24,000 nt of DNA from the NCBI GenBank assembly GCA_044240165.1, contig JBIIAA010000009.1:222-24221 (forward strand), read 5' to 3'. The stretch's first letter is position 1; every line of letters begins with the position of its first letter. The position numbers and the translations under genes are program-made. The notes beneath the pieces are model-generated. The model had not been told where the DNA came from. It was given only the letters and a program-made list of their open reading frames with translations, and did not search any database. This document shows positions 1 to 7,016 of this stretch, in pieces. The stretch comes from Candidatus Nanopelagicales bacterium. Lineage in GTDB: Bacteria; Actinomycetota; Actinomycetes; S36-B12.

Positions 1-191
1 CCCAAGCGCTGTAATTCAGCAACCGCTCGGGGAGTCAGACCGTCGCCGCAGGTTTTATCTCTAGGAAAGTGCTTGGCGTCAGCTAGGACCACATCAAGGC
101 CAAATCGTGCTGCCCAAGCCGCTGCTGCTGACCCGGCCGGACCAGCGCCAATAACCAAAACATCGGTTTCGATGGGCACAGTCAAGGACAC
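1..191 (-). CDS. FAD-dependent oxidoreductase, geranylgeranyl reductase family (N-terminal fragment; the gene runs off the left edge)
   Basis: My translation of the minus strand from GTG at 191 gives VSLTVPIETDVLVIGAGPAGSAAAAWAARFGLDVVLADAKHFPRDKTCGDGLTPRAVAELQRLG. It has a GxGxxG dinucleotide-binding motif followed by FPRDKxCGDGLTPRAV, typical of geranylgeranyl-reductase-family flavoproteins. It is absent from the ORF track because there is no stop in the window. The start is uncertain (an in-frame TTG at 248 is also possible). Confidence 0.65.
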   Translation of the reverse strand, partial: MSLTVPIETDVLVIGAGPAGSAAAAWAARFGLDVVLADAKHFPRDKTCGDGLTPRAVAELQRL

Positions 192-260
192 AAGGTTGAT
201 TCTCGCTTGCCACCTACGCGCGACCTCACTGCGGGGTAAACCAACCAAGGCGCAATCGAT

Positions 261-380
261 TTAGCGCTGGCAGGTGCACCATTCTTCAGGGGTAAACATC
301 GACTTCACCTGATCAATATGCTCGCCACAACCTTGCCAGGTGGCCTTACTGCACTTTGCGCATTTCACTGGGCTACACAT
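261..380 (-). CDS. Small cysteine-rich protein (39 aa, 6 Cys + 1 His), putative metal-binding, function unknown
   Basis: This is the internal ATG of track ORF 261..464(-). GGAGG (389..385 on the minus strand) lies 4 nt upstream of the ATG at 380. Product: MCSPVKCAKCSKATWQGCGEHIDQVKSMFTPEEWCTCQR, with CxxxxCxxC...C...CxC spacing. The upstream 28 codons of the track ORF have no SD and overlap the promoter/operator region. Confidence 0.6.
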   Translation of the reverse strand: MCSPVKCAKCSKATWQGCGEHIDQVKSMFTPEEWCTCQR

Positions 381-408
381 GTTTCCTCCATGATGAATGT
401 TGGTAATT

Positions 409-438
409 AGCATACCCATGGGGGTATGCAACTGACAA
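409..438 (-). promoter_or_regulatory. Putative sigma-A-type promoter of the 39-aa Cys-rich gene
   Basis: On the minus strand: TTGTCA (438..433), an 18-bp spacer, then TATGCT (414..409). The predicted TSS is near 402, giving a ~22-nt leader that contains GGAGG. Found by eye only. Confidence 0.35.
410..429. promoter_or_regulatory. Inverted repeat GCATACCC-ATGG-GGGTATGC, a CsoR/RcnR/CstR-family-like operator
   Basis: Perfect 8-bp arms separated by 4 bp, overlapping the spacer and -10 of the putative minus-strand promoter. The layout (ATACCC ... GGGTAT around a G/C core) resembles published CsoR-family operators as I recall them. No cognate regulator gene is in the window. Confidence 0.4.
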
Positions 439-442
439 ATCT

Positions 443-471
443 TAGACAGGGCGATCACCTGCACTTAGGGT
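443..471 (+). promoter_or_regulatory. Putative promoter giving a leaderless peroxiredoxin mRNA
   Basis: TAGACA (443..448), a 17-bp spacer, then TAGGGT (466..471). The ATG at 478 lies 6 nt after the -10 and has no good SD, so the transcript may be leaderless, which is common in Actinobacteria. Confidence 0.3.
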
Positions 472-477
472 GCCCTT

Positions 478-960
478 ATGACTATTGCTATCGGTGACAC
501 CATCCCTGACGTTGAACTTCTCACTATTCCAGAAGATCGCCCCACTCCTGTGTCTTCAAAAGACCTCCTGAGCAAGGGCCGAGTGGTCCTCTTTGCGGTT
601 CCGGGCGCATTCACACCTGGCTGCTCCAAGATGCATCTACCGGGCTTTGTAAATAAAGCTGCTGAGCTATCAGCCAAGGGCGTTGACGCCATTGTGTGCC
701 TCGGTGTCAACGATGCATTCGTGATGGATGCTTGGGGCAAGGCTCAAGGCGTAGGCGAGCAATTCGTCATGGCCGCCGACCCGCAGGGTGCGTTCACCAA
801 AGCTGTCGGCATGGACGTTGACGTTCCAGCCCTTGGCGGTTTGCGCTCAAAGCGCTACGCGATGGTGATTGAGAATGGCGTTGTCACGCAATTCTTGCCA
901 GAAGAAGACGGCTTCAACGTGCTTGCTTCAACCGCTGAGTGCGTGCTCGACACCCTCTGA
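478..960 (+). CDS. Peroxiredoxin, Prx5-like subfamily (AhpC/TSA thioredoxin fold)
   Basis: 160 aa. The peroxidatic-Cys motif VLFAVPGAFTPGCSKMHLPGF, the overall length and the C-terminal GxxRSxRYAMVIENGVV are typical of Prx5-type peroxiredoxins. Confidence 0.92.
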   Translation: MTIAIGDTIPDVELLTIPEDRPTPVSSKDLLSKGRVVLFAVPGAFTPGCSKMHLPGFVNKAAELSAKGVDAIVCLGVNDAFVMDAWGKAQGVGEQFVMAADPQGAFTKAVGMDVDVPALGGLRSKRYAMVIENGVVTQFLPEEDGFNVLASTAECVLDTL

Positions 961-1022
961 TCTGACCGACGTATTACTGGTTCGACAAGCGCACTTCTTA
1001 CCGGTTGCTCTACCGTGCAGCT

Positions 1023-1661
1023 ATGCATCGGGGGAGCGCAGTAACTATCGGCCTCGCAAGTCTGCTCGTGACTTGCGGGGTCGTTGCTGTTTCACCTGCC
1101 CATGCATCCACCCAGAATGCGCAGACGCTACTGAACTCACTGCCAGTTTCACCCGAACATCAAAGTGGTTACGACCGCTCCTTGTTTAAACACTGGATCA
1201 CCCAAAACGGTTGCACCACTCGGCAAGACGTACTCATTCGAGATGCCATCTCCGGACGAACTTCAGGGTGCACCGTGGTTGATGGACGTTGGTATTCCGC
1301 ATATGACGGTGTCACCACTTCAAATGCCCGCACCTTTGACATTGATCATGAAGTTCCGTTGAAAGAAGCCTGGGATTCAGGTGCTTGGCGTTGGACTCCA
1401 GATAAGCGCAAAGCATTCGCAAACGATCTTGGTTATGCGAACTCGCTTATCGCAGTGTCTGCTTCGTCGAATCGCTCAAAAAGTGATCGAGATCCAGCCG
1501 AATGGATGCCACCAAATACTGCAGACACCTGCCGTTACGTCAAAGCTTGGATTGGTGTGAAATACCGCTGGAGATTGGCTGTGGACTCACTAGAAAAGTC
1601 TTCAATCCTGCGACTCTTGCGCGGATGTCCAACGCCGATGGAACTACCTGACCTTGCTTAA
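1023..1661 (+). CDS. Secreted His-Me finger (HNH/DUF1524-type) nuclease
   Basis: ATG at 1023 gives a signal peptide, MHRGSAVTIGLASLLVTCGVVAVSPAHA/STQ. The catalytic-like motifs DIDHEVPLKEAW ... SASSNRSKSDRDPAEW match the DUF1524 / GmrSD C-terminal His-Me finger pattern. The track start at 1005 is a TTG, so the start is ambiguous. Confidence 0.7.
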   Translation: MHRGSAVTIGLASLLVTCGVVAVSPAHASTQNAQTLLNSLPVSPEHQSGYDRSLFKHWITQNGCTTRQDVLIRDAISGRTSGCTVVDGRWYSAYDGVTTSNARTFDIDHEVPLKEAWDSGAWRWTPDKRKAFANDLGYANSLIAVSASSNRSKSDRDPAEWMPPNTADTCRYVKAWIGVKYRWRLAVDSLEKSSILRLLRGCPTPMELPDLA

Positions 1662-2347
1662 ACGATGACGCAAACACCAAGAATCAAATTTGGCACCTCA
1701 AGGAAGTCGACCACCAGCGCCAACTCTTCGTCATCAATACAGGTCACGAAATGTTGGGTGCCTTCAGTGTGAACAATCGGCCAGCGCCGCAGATCCCCAC
1801 CTAACCCAACGCCAACTGCCTTGGCCGCTGCTTCCTTGGCAACAACAGCGCTGAGCAAAGTGATGCGACCGGCCTCAAATAATTTGGTTTCGGTTTCGGT
1901 AAGTACCCGCTCAACAACCGGGGCTAGCCGATCTGCTTTTTCGACATCGACACCCACAGCATCAGCACTGGCTACCGCGGCAACGATGACTCCGGCCGTG
2001 TGAGCAAGGGAAATCACCGGCAACGGCAGCGAGCTCCCGTTGGTCCAAGCAACTCCTGGCGCACCTGCCTCGGAGCGCGTTATTTCAATCGTTTTCGCAT
2101 CGATCTTGGTGAGTTGCGTTTCCAGGATGTAGTCACTTACCGCCTCTTTCAGAGCGACTCGGCCAAGGAGCCATTCCATCTTGCGCGTGGTTTGAGCTTG
2201 CATGCCCAACCAGGCTTCTTGCTCTATCTCGGTGAGTGACTCTTTGACGAATTCGGCTGCGGCCTCTTCTGTGTATGCCTTCAACTCACTAACAAAAGTC
2301 ACATGGACGCGCGCCAGTGGCCCAACAACGAACGAGTAGGTGGCCAT
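1658..2347 (-). CDS. 4'-phosphopantetheinyl transferase, Sfp-type
   Basis: 229 aa. PPTase motifs are present: LLGRVALKEAV, GVDVEKADR (GxDxE) and AKEAAAKAVG (xKEAxxKA). Its stop overlaps the convergent nuclease gene by 4 nt. Confidence 0.75.
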   Translation of the reverse strand: MATYSFVVGPLARVHVTFVSELKAYTEEAAAEFVKESLTEIEQEAWLGMQAQTTRKMEWLLGRVALKEAVSDYILETQLTKIDAKTIEITRSEAGAPGVAWTNGSSLPLPVISLAHTAGVIVAAVASADAVGVDVEKADRLAPVVERVLTETETKLFEAGRITLLSAVVAKEAAAKAVGVGLGGDLRRWPIVHTEGTQHFVTCIDDEELALVVDFLEVPNLILGVCVIV

Positions 2348-2484
2348 TCACGAAACCCTACGTGGTTCTGGAATGCGCGTTGGCTAAATCCAAACAAACC
2401 TCAGAAAGTTAATTGCGATGACAAAGTCAACGTGCAGCCGGCCCGACCTCGGTATTGTGATTCACATTCAATCAAGGAGAAAAC

Positions 2485-3294
2485 ATGAAGGTTTGGTTCA
2501 TCACGGGCACTTCCCGAGGGTTCGGAAAAATCTGGACGCGAGCTGCCCTGGAGCGCGGCGACAAGGTCGCTGCAACTGCCCGCGATCTTGCACCCCTTGA
2601 TGATTTGGTTGCCAAGTTTGGCGATTCGATCCTGACCTTGAAGCTTGATGTCACTGATAAAGCGGCCGTCGAAAGTGCTATCAAGCAGGCTCATGCTCAC
2701 TTCGGCCAACTCGATGTCATCGTCAATAACGCCGGTTACGGGCATATGGGTTACTTCGAAGAACTCACTGAAGCCGAGATTCGTGCACAGTTTGAGACAA
2801 ATGTGTTCGGCCCTATCTGGGTCGCGCAGGCAGCGCTTCCAATTTTGCGAGCTCAAGGTTCTGGTCACATTATTGCGGTCAGCAGTTTGAGCGGCCTGAC
2901 TGCTTCCGGCGGCATGGGCCTGTACAGCGGATCCAAGTGGGCGCTTGAAGGAATGACTGAAGCCTTGTCGCAAGAAGTTCGTAAATTTGGAATCAAGGTC
3001 ACGCTTATCGAACCTGGGGGATACGCAACCGGATTTGGCACCGAAGGGCGACGCAACTCTGAAGTGCATCCTGCCTATGTTGAGTCACACGAAAAGCTCG
3101 CGCAACTCTTGGCTACCTCATCTGGATCTGACGCCGCTAACAGCGTTCAGGCATTGATGACTGTTGTTGACGCTGAAAAGCCGCCGTTGCGCCTGCTCCT
3201 AGGAAATCAAGCTGTTGATGTGTTGCACGCGTTCTACGAGCGCCGGATCAATGATTTCCGGACGTGGGAAGACGTGTCGCGGTCGGCCGACTAA
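2485..3294 (+). CDS. Short-chain dehydrogenase/reductase (SDR family oxidoreductase)
   Basis: 269 aa with an AAGGAG SD 6 nt upstream. It has TGTSRGFG (TGxxxGxG), NNAGYG, and a catalytic S...YSGSK (YxxxK). Confidence 0.92.
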   Translation: MKVWFITGTSRGFGKIWTRAALERGDKVAATARDLAPLDDLVAKFGDSILTLKLDVTDKAAVESAIKQAHAHFGQLDVIVNNAGYGHMGYFEELTEAEIRAQFETNVFGPIWVAQAALPILRAQGSGHIIAVSSLSGLTASGGMGLYSGSKWALEGMTEALSQEVRKFGIKVTLIEPGGYATGFGTEGRRNSEVHPAYVESHEKLAQLLATSSGSDAANSVQALMTVVDAEKPPLRLLLGNQAVDVLHAFYERRINDFRTWEDVSRSAD

Positions 3295-3377
3295 GACAAA
3301 GTCGGGACTTTGGGCCCACGATCGCTGCGTCCACCGCAACTACCATTGGAGCCTTGCCTTAGAAAAGGAGTTTCAGG

Positions 3378-3869
3378 ATGCGTATACGCACAATCGCGAT
3401 GACGGCGGTCGCGGTCTCATCACTCGTTGGTTTTGCTGCGGCGCCTGCTTTTGCTGCGGCGCCGACGCCTGCAAAGTCCACTTGCGGTAGCAGCAACTAC
3501 GCCTGCCTCACCGTGAACCAAACCAGTGTGCCCGCCGGTCAAACGGTGATCTTTAAAGGCTCACTCAGCGCAGCAGCTTTGAAGAATCTTGCTTCCTGGA
3601 CAAAGGGCGACAACATCGTTTGCCTGACTCGCTACAAGGCGACTGCGGAATCCAACGGCTCTTGGCCGTGGACCACGCTTGATGGCGCTTGCGCACAAGT
3701 CAATAAGGCCGGCAAGTTCACGATCAACGCCGAACTCGGCAAAAAGGGTCCACATTATTTCGGCGCTGAAATGGGTCCATGCCAGGCCAGTGCTGATGAA
3801 TGCGGCAATAGTGACGGTGGTCTCGTTGGTCTTGACGGTAAATCCGCTGTCTACATGACCACGACATAG
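3378..3869 (+). CDS. Secreted Cys-containing protein of unknown function
   Basis: 163 aa with an AAAAGGAG SD. Signal peptide MRIRTIAMTAVAVSSLVGFAAAPAFA/AAP. The mature part has several Cys residues (possible disulfides), and a strong terminator follows. I recognise no family. Confidence 0.65.
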   Translation: MRIRTIAMTAVAVSSLVGFAAAPAFAAAPTPAKSTCGSSNYACLTVNQTSVPAGQTVIFKGSLSAAALKNLASWTKGDNIVCLTRYKATAESNGSWPWTTLDGACAQVNKAGKFTINAELGKKGPHYFGAEMGPCQASADECGNSDGGLVGLDGKSAVYMTTT

Positions 3870-3890
3870 GTCGCCTCGAACTTCCCCTAC

Positions 3891-3929
3891 GTGAGCCCTT
3901 TGTCATCGACGAGGGGCTCACATTTTGTT
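3891..3929 (+). terminator. Rho-independent terminator
   Basis: GTGAGCCCTTTGTC / GACGAGGGGCTCAC forms a ~14-bp stem (with G-U pairs) and a 3-nt loop, followed by ATTTTGTT. It lies 22 nt after the stop at 3869. Confidence 0.72.
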
Positions 3930-3934
3930 CATAG

Positions 3935-5134
3935 ATGCTCTTGCGCCATGCTGTTCCAATGGGTGGGCGGCTAGTCATTATGGGTTCGGGTGAAAATGCC
4001 CCGACGATGGTGAAGTTTCATCGCGCCTTAATGCAAGAGGTGGGCGAAGGCCCTAAGTACATGATCGATACGCCCTACGGTTTTCAAGTCAACGCTGACG
4101 ATTTGGGCGCGAAATACCAGCAATACTTTGACGAATCAGTCGGTACCAAAATCGAACTCGCGCAGTGGCGTCGCAAAGACGCATCTGTCGTCGAACATGA
4201 GCGCACCCTCTCGCAACTACAACAGGCTTCATGGGTGCTGGCAGGTCCGGGAAGTCCGTCATATGCATTGAATCAATGGTCCGACACCGCGATTCCCACA
4301 GCATTAGCCGACCTGGTTCGTCGCGGCGGAACCTTAGTAACCGGAAGCGCTGCGGCTGCAACGATCGGTACGCATGCAATTCCGGTGTATGAGATTTACA
4401 AAGTCGGTGAAGACCCCTACTGGTTAGCCGGACTCAATTTGCTTGGCGATCTGCTCGGTATCCGCGCTGCAGTTGTTCCGCATTTTGATAATCGCGAGGG
4501 CGGCCGTCACGACACCAGTTGTTGCTACATCGGTCTACATCGCCTTGAAATACTGGAAACGCAACTTCACGACGGTGCTGGAATTATTGGAGTCGACGAA
4601 CACACTGCTGTGTTGATTGAACTTGCCACCGGCAAAGTGTCTGTGCACGGAGCCGGTGGGCTGACCCTTCGCCAAAGTGGCAAGTCTGTATTTATTGCAA
4701 GTGGTGAGTCGACGACCATTGACGCGATGCGAGATGCCTTGCACAGCACCAACACTCTTGATATTTCGATTGCTACTGATGCGATGCAAAGTTCAGATCT
4801 GCTGGCAACTTTCAGGGTGGCCCTGCAGGCAGGTGACTCAGTTGCAGCACTCGCTGCAGCCCTAACAACTGAAGATGCAGTTTTCGCTACTGACGCTGCC
4901 GCACATCAGGAATTACGCACAATGTTGGTTGAGCTTGCTGATGCTGCACATAGTGGCCTGCAAGATCCCCGCACCATACTTTCACCGCTGGTTGATGTGG
5001 CTCTCAACGTTCGCAAGCTTGCTCGTGAAAACAAGGACTACGCGATGAGCGACCTCGTTCGCGACTCGCTTGCTGCCGCCGGCATTGAAGTGCGCGACAC
5101 CCCCGAGGGTGTGCAGTGGGATCTCGCCAAGTAA
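3935..5134 (+). CDS. Peptidase S51 / cyanophycinase-like (class I GATase-like fold) protein with a C-terminal region resembling the CysRS anticodon-binding (DALR-2 + C-terminal) module
   Basis: 399-aa ORF. The N-terminal ~250 aa carry RLVIMGSGE, VLAGPGSPSYAL, the nucleophile elbow TGSAAAATIG and VVPHFDNREGGRH, matching S51 motifs (GGG.., GGN.., GxSAGA, DxHFxxRxR). The C-terminal ~130 aa (FRVALQAGDSVAALAAAL ... VRKLARENKDYAMSDLVRDSLAAAGIEVRDTPEGVQWDL) parallel the CysRS tail (..AR..KD[WF]A.AD.IRD.L...G+.+ED.P.G..W). The start is ambiguous (ATG at 3935, 3959 or 3980). Confidence 0.7.
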   Translation: MLLRHAVPMGGRLVIMGSGENAPTMVKFHRALMQEVGEGPKYMIDTPYGFQVNADDLGAKYQQYFDESVGTKIELAQWRRKDASVVEHERTLSQLQQASWVLAGPGSPSYALNQWSDTAIPTALADLVRRGGTLVTGSAAAATIGTHAIPVYEIYKVGEDPYWLAGLNLLGDLLGIRAAVVPHFDNREGGRHDTSCCYIGLHRLEILETQLHDGAGIIGVDEHTAVLIELATGKVSVHGAGGLTLRQSGKSVFIASGESTTIDAMRDALHSTNTLDISIATDAMQSSDLLATFRVALQAGDSVAALAAALTTEDAVFATDAAAHQELRTMLVELADAAHSGLQDPRTILSPLVDVALNVRKLARENKDYAMSDLVRDSLAAAGIEVRDTPEGVQWDLAK

Positions 5135-5165
5135 TTCGCGCACACTGATCAACGCAGTTCTTGAC

Positions 5166-7016
5166 CTAGCCCAGATGCATGTATTCCTTGATTCCGTTTG
5201 GCCGAGTGATATTCGACGATCCATTCGCATTAAGACTGTCCAATAACGCGATGTAAGCCAAATACTCAGCCTTTCCGCGAGCGACAGCCCCGCGAAAGCG
5301 CGCGGGCAGCGGTGCAGCCATCGCACCGCGGTTATAGCGTCCCATCAATAACTTCAACTGCTCTTGCGCTTTTGCTGTTTGTCCTTGCTGATTATCGAGT
5401 TCTAGTCGACCACGTGCAGTGCTGTAGTCGTATGACTCAACCTGCATCGTTGATAGATCAGCAACACCGGTTGTATTCCAGTTTGTGTAGCTAGCAACTT
5501 TGGTGTCTGCGGTTCGAATTCCAAGAATATGGCGTCGCGCATTGTTGTATACGTAGAAGGCCGGTACCCACTCATCTGATGCCATGATGACGTGATCACG
5601 CCCGCGAGCTGTATTCGACTTCAGCAATGGCAGCAAGTTCAATCGCTCTTGGTATACCTCTGCAAGATCACCCTTGAGCCATTCGCGATCTCCGTGTGCG
5701 ATCGTTGCCAACATCGGCACGATGTCGACACTCGAAGTAAGTTGAGATCGAACCTTGTTGGTGTCACCCGTGATTCGCTCACGTGGATCAACAACAATCA
5801 GGGGAACCTGCACAGCTTCTTGATACATGCTGCCGGCTTTATTCGACGCAAATCCGTGCGCGCCTGCGTAATCGCCGTGATCTGCTGTCATGACGATGAC
5901 GGTGTTGTCGCGAATACTTTCGGGAATCGAATTCACCACAGCACCAATGTGCTGATCAACGAGATTCAAAATTTGCGTGTAACTATCAAGACTGCGAGTC
6001 CAATAGCCAAAGGGTGCATTTGCAATCTTCGCCCCGGGAACACCTGGGTAGTCAGCAAGTGAATAGGCAGTTGTCACCGTTGGGTCGTCAGTAACGCCGC
6101 CCCACATCAAATCGGTGAAGGAACGAGAAAACACCTGCGCCCCCGGCTTATTTGCCGACAAGGTTGCTGCTGATTCCCAGTTGGCAGGCAAGGTGTACCC
6201 ATAGGCCTTCGGGGTATCAAGGGGAGGGGCTGCGTCATATGTCACGGCAGGTGTTGCGCCGGCTTGTTTAAACAAATTGTTGTAGGTCGTGGCTTCAGTT
6301 CCGCTCCAAAAGAATTCTTTGTCATGCGGATTCACAAAACCAACAGTTAAACAAAATGGTCGTTCATGCGGCTTGCGAGCTTCTAACCAAGTTGCCGCTT
6401 GTGCTGCAATATCGCCATCGCCATAGGTGCCTTGGCCATTGGTGCCAATTGGGTCTGGAATCGTCAGTCCTTCAAAGCCATACGCACTCAGATAAAACGG
6501 TGCAGCTGGGTCTGTTGAGGTTTCTGGCGCATTAGACAGGTGCCACTTGCCGACGTATGGCGTTGCATAGCCTGCTTCACGCATTAATTTTCCGTAGGTC
6601 GGAAATTCGCGCTGCAACGCAGGAGCATTCGGTCCTGCTGATCCAGGCTGATTTCCCTTGCGCGTTTGTAGGCACCAGTTTTGGTGCGGATACAAACCCG
6701 TCACCAAACTTGCTCGCGATGGGCTACACGCCGTGCCGGCGGTGTAGTGATTGGAGAATTTCACGCCTCGGGTCCACAGCTTTGCCAAGTTAGGCATGAA
6801 AGCTTTCAAGAATTCCTCTGGCGTATTGATGCCTGCCGGGAAGGTCTGCGGAAAGCGCATTTCGTCGACCGTAATCATCACAACGTTGGGCGCACCAGCT
6901 CTGGCGCGCGATCCTGCTTGAACTGCCTGCGCAGTCTCGGTCTGGGAAACGAGCGCAGCACCAGCGGCTACAGCCGCACCAGTTGCCATGAATGATCGGC
7001 GGGAGAGTTGAGTCAT
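5166..7016 (-). CDS. Tat-exported Cys-type sulfatase (formylglycine-dependent)
   Basis: 616 aa from ATG at 7016. Twin-arginine signal MTQLSRRSFMATGAAVAAGAALVSQTETAQA. The sulfatase signature CSPSRASLVTG (CxPxR) is present, with ITVDEMR metal ligands and a GKWHL motif. The 23-codon N-terminal extension in the track overlaps the tRNA-Leu terminator and is rejected. Confidence 0.9.
   Translation of the reverse strand: MTQLSRRSFMATGAAVAAGAALVSQTETAQAVQAGSRARAGAPNVVMITVDEMRFPQTFPAGINTPEEFLKAFMPNLAKLWTRGVKFSNHYTAGTACSPSRASLVTGLYPHQNWCLQTRKGNQPGSAGPNAPALQREFPTYGKLMREAGYATPYVGKWHLSNAPETSTDPAAPFYLSAYGFEGLTIPDPIGTNGQGTYGDGDIAAQAATWLEARKPHERPFCLTVGFVNPHDKEFFWSGTEATTYNNLFKQAGATPAVTYDAAPPLDTPKAYGYTLPANWESAATLSANKPGAQVFSRSFTDLMWGGVTDDPTVTTAYSLADYPGVPGAKIANAPFGYWTRSLDSYTQILNLVDQHIGAVVNSIPESIRDNTVIVMTADHGDYAGAHGFASNKAGSMYQEAVQVPLIVVDPRERITGDTNKVRSQLTSSVDIVPMLATIAHGDREWLKGDLAEVYQERLNLLPLLKSNTARGRDHVIMASDEWVPAFYVYNNARRHILGIRTADTKVASYTNWNTTGVADLSTMQVESYDYSTARGRLELDNQQGQTAKAQEQLKLLMGRYNRGAMAAPLPARFRGAVARGKAEYLAYIALLDSLNANGSSNITRPNGIKEYMHLG

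Noticed and set aside
73-264. 63-aa + strand ORF at the left edge
   Set aside because: It is antisense to the N-terminus of the geranylgeranyl-reductase-family gene, which has a clear GxGxxG/FPRDKxCGDGLTPRAV signature.
2456-2466. Palindrome TGTGA-T-TCACA just upstream of the SDR SD (CRP/GlxR-like half sites)
   Set aside because: The spacing is 1 nt rather than the 6 nt required for CRP-family sites. An 11-bp palindrome on its own is weak evidence, so I make no regulatory call.
2401-3069. 222-aa ORF on the - strand (plus the smaller ORFs 2472..2684 and 2865..3056)
   Set aside because: It is antisense to the well-supported SDR gene and crosses the SDR promoter/SD region. I recognise no motifs in it.
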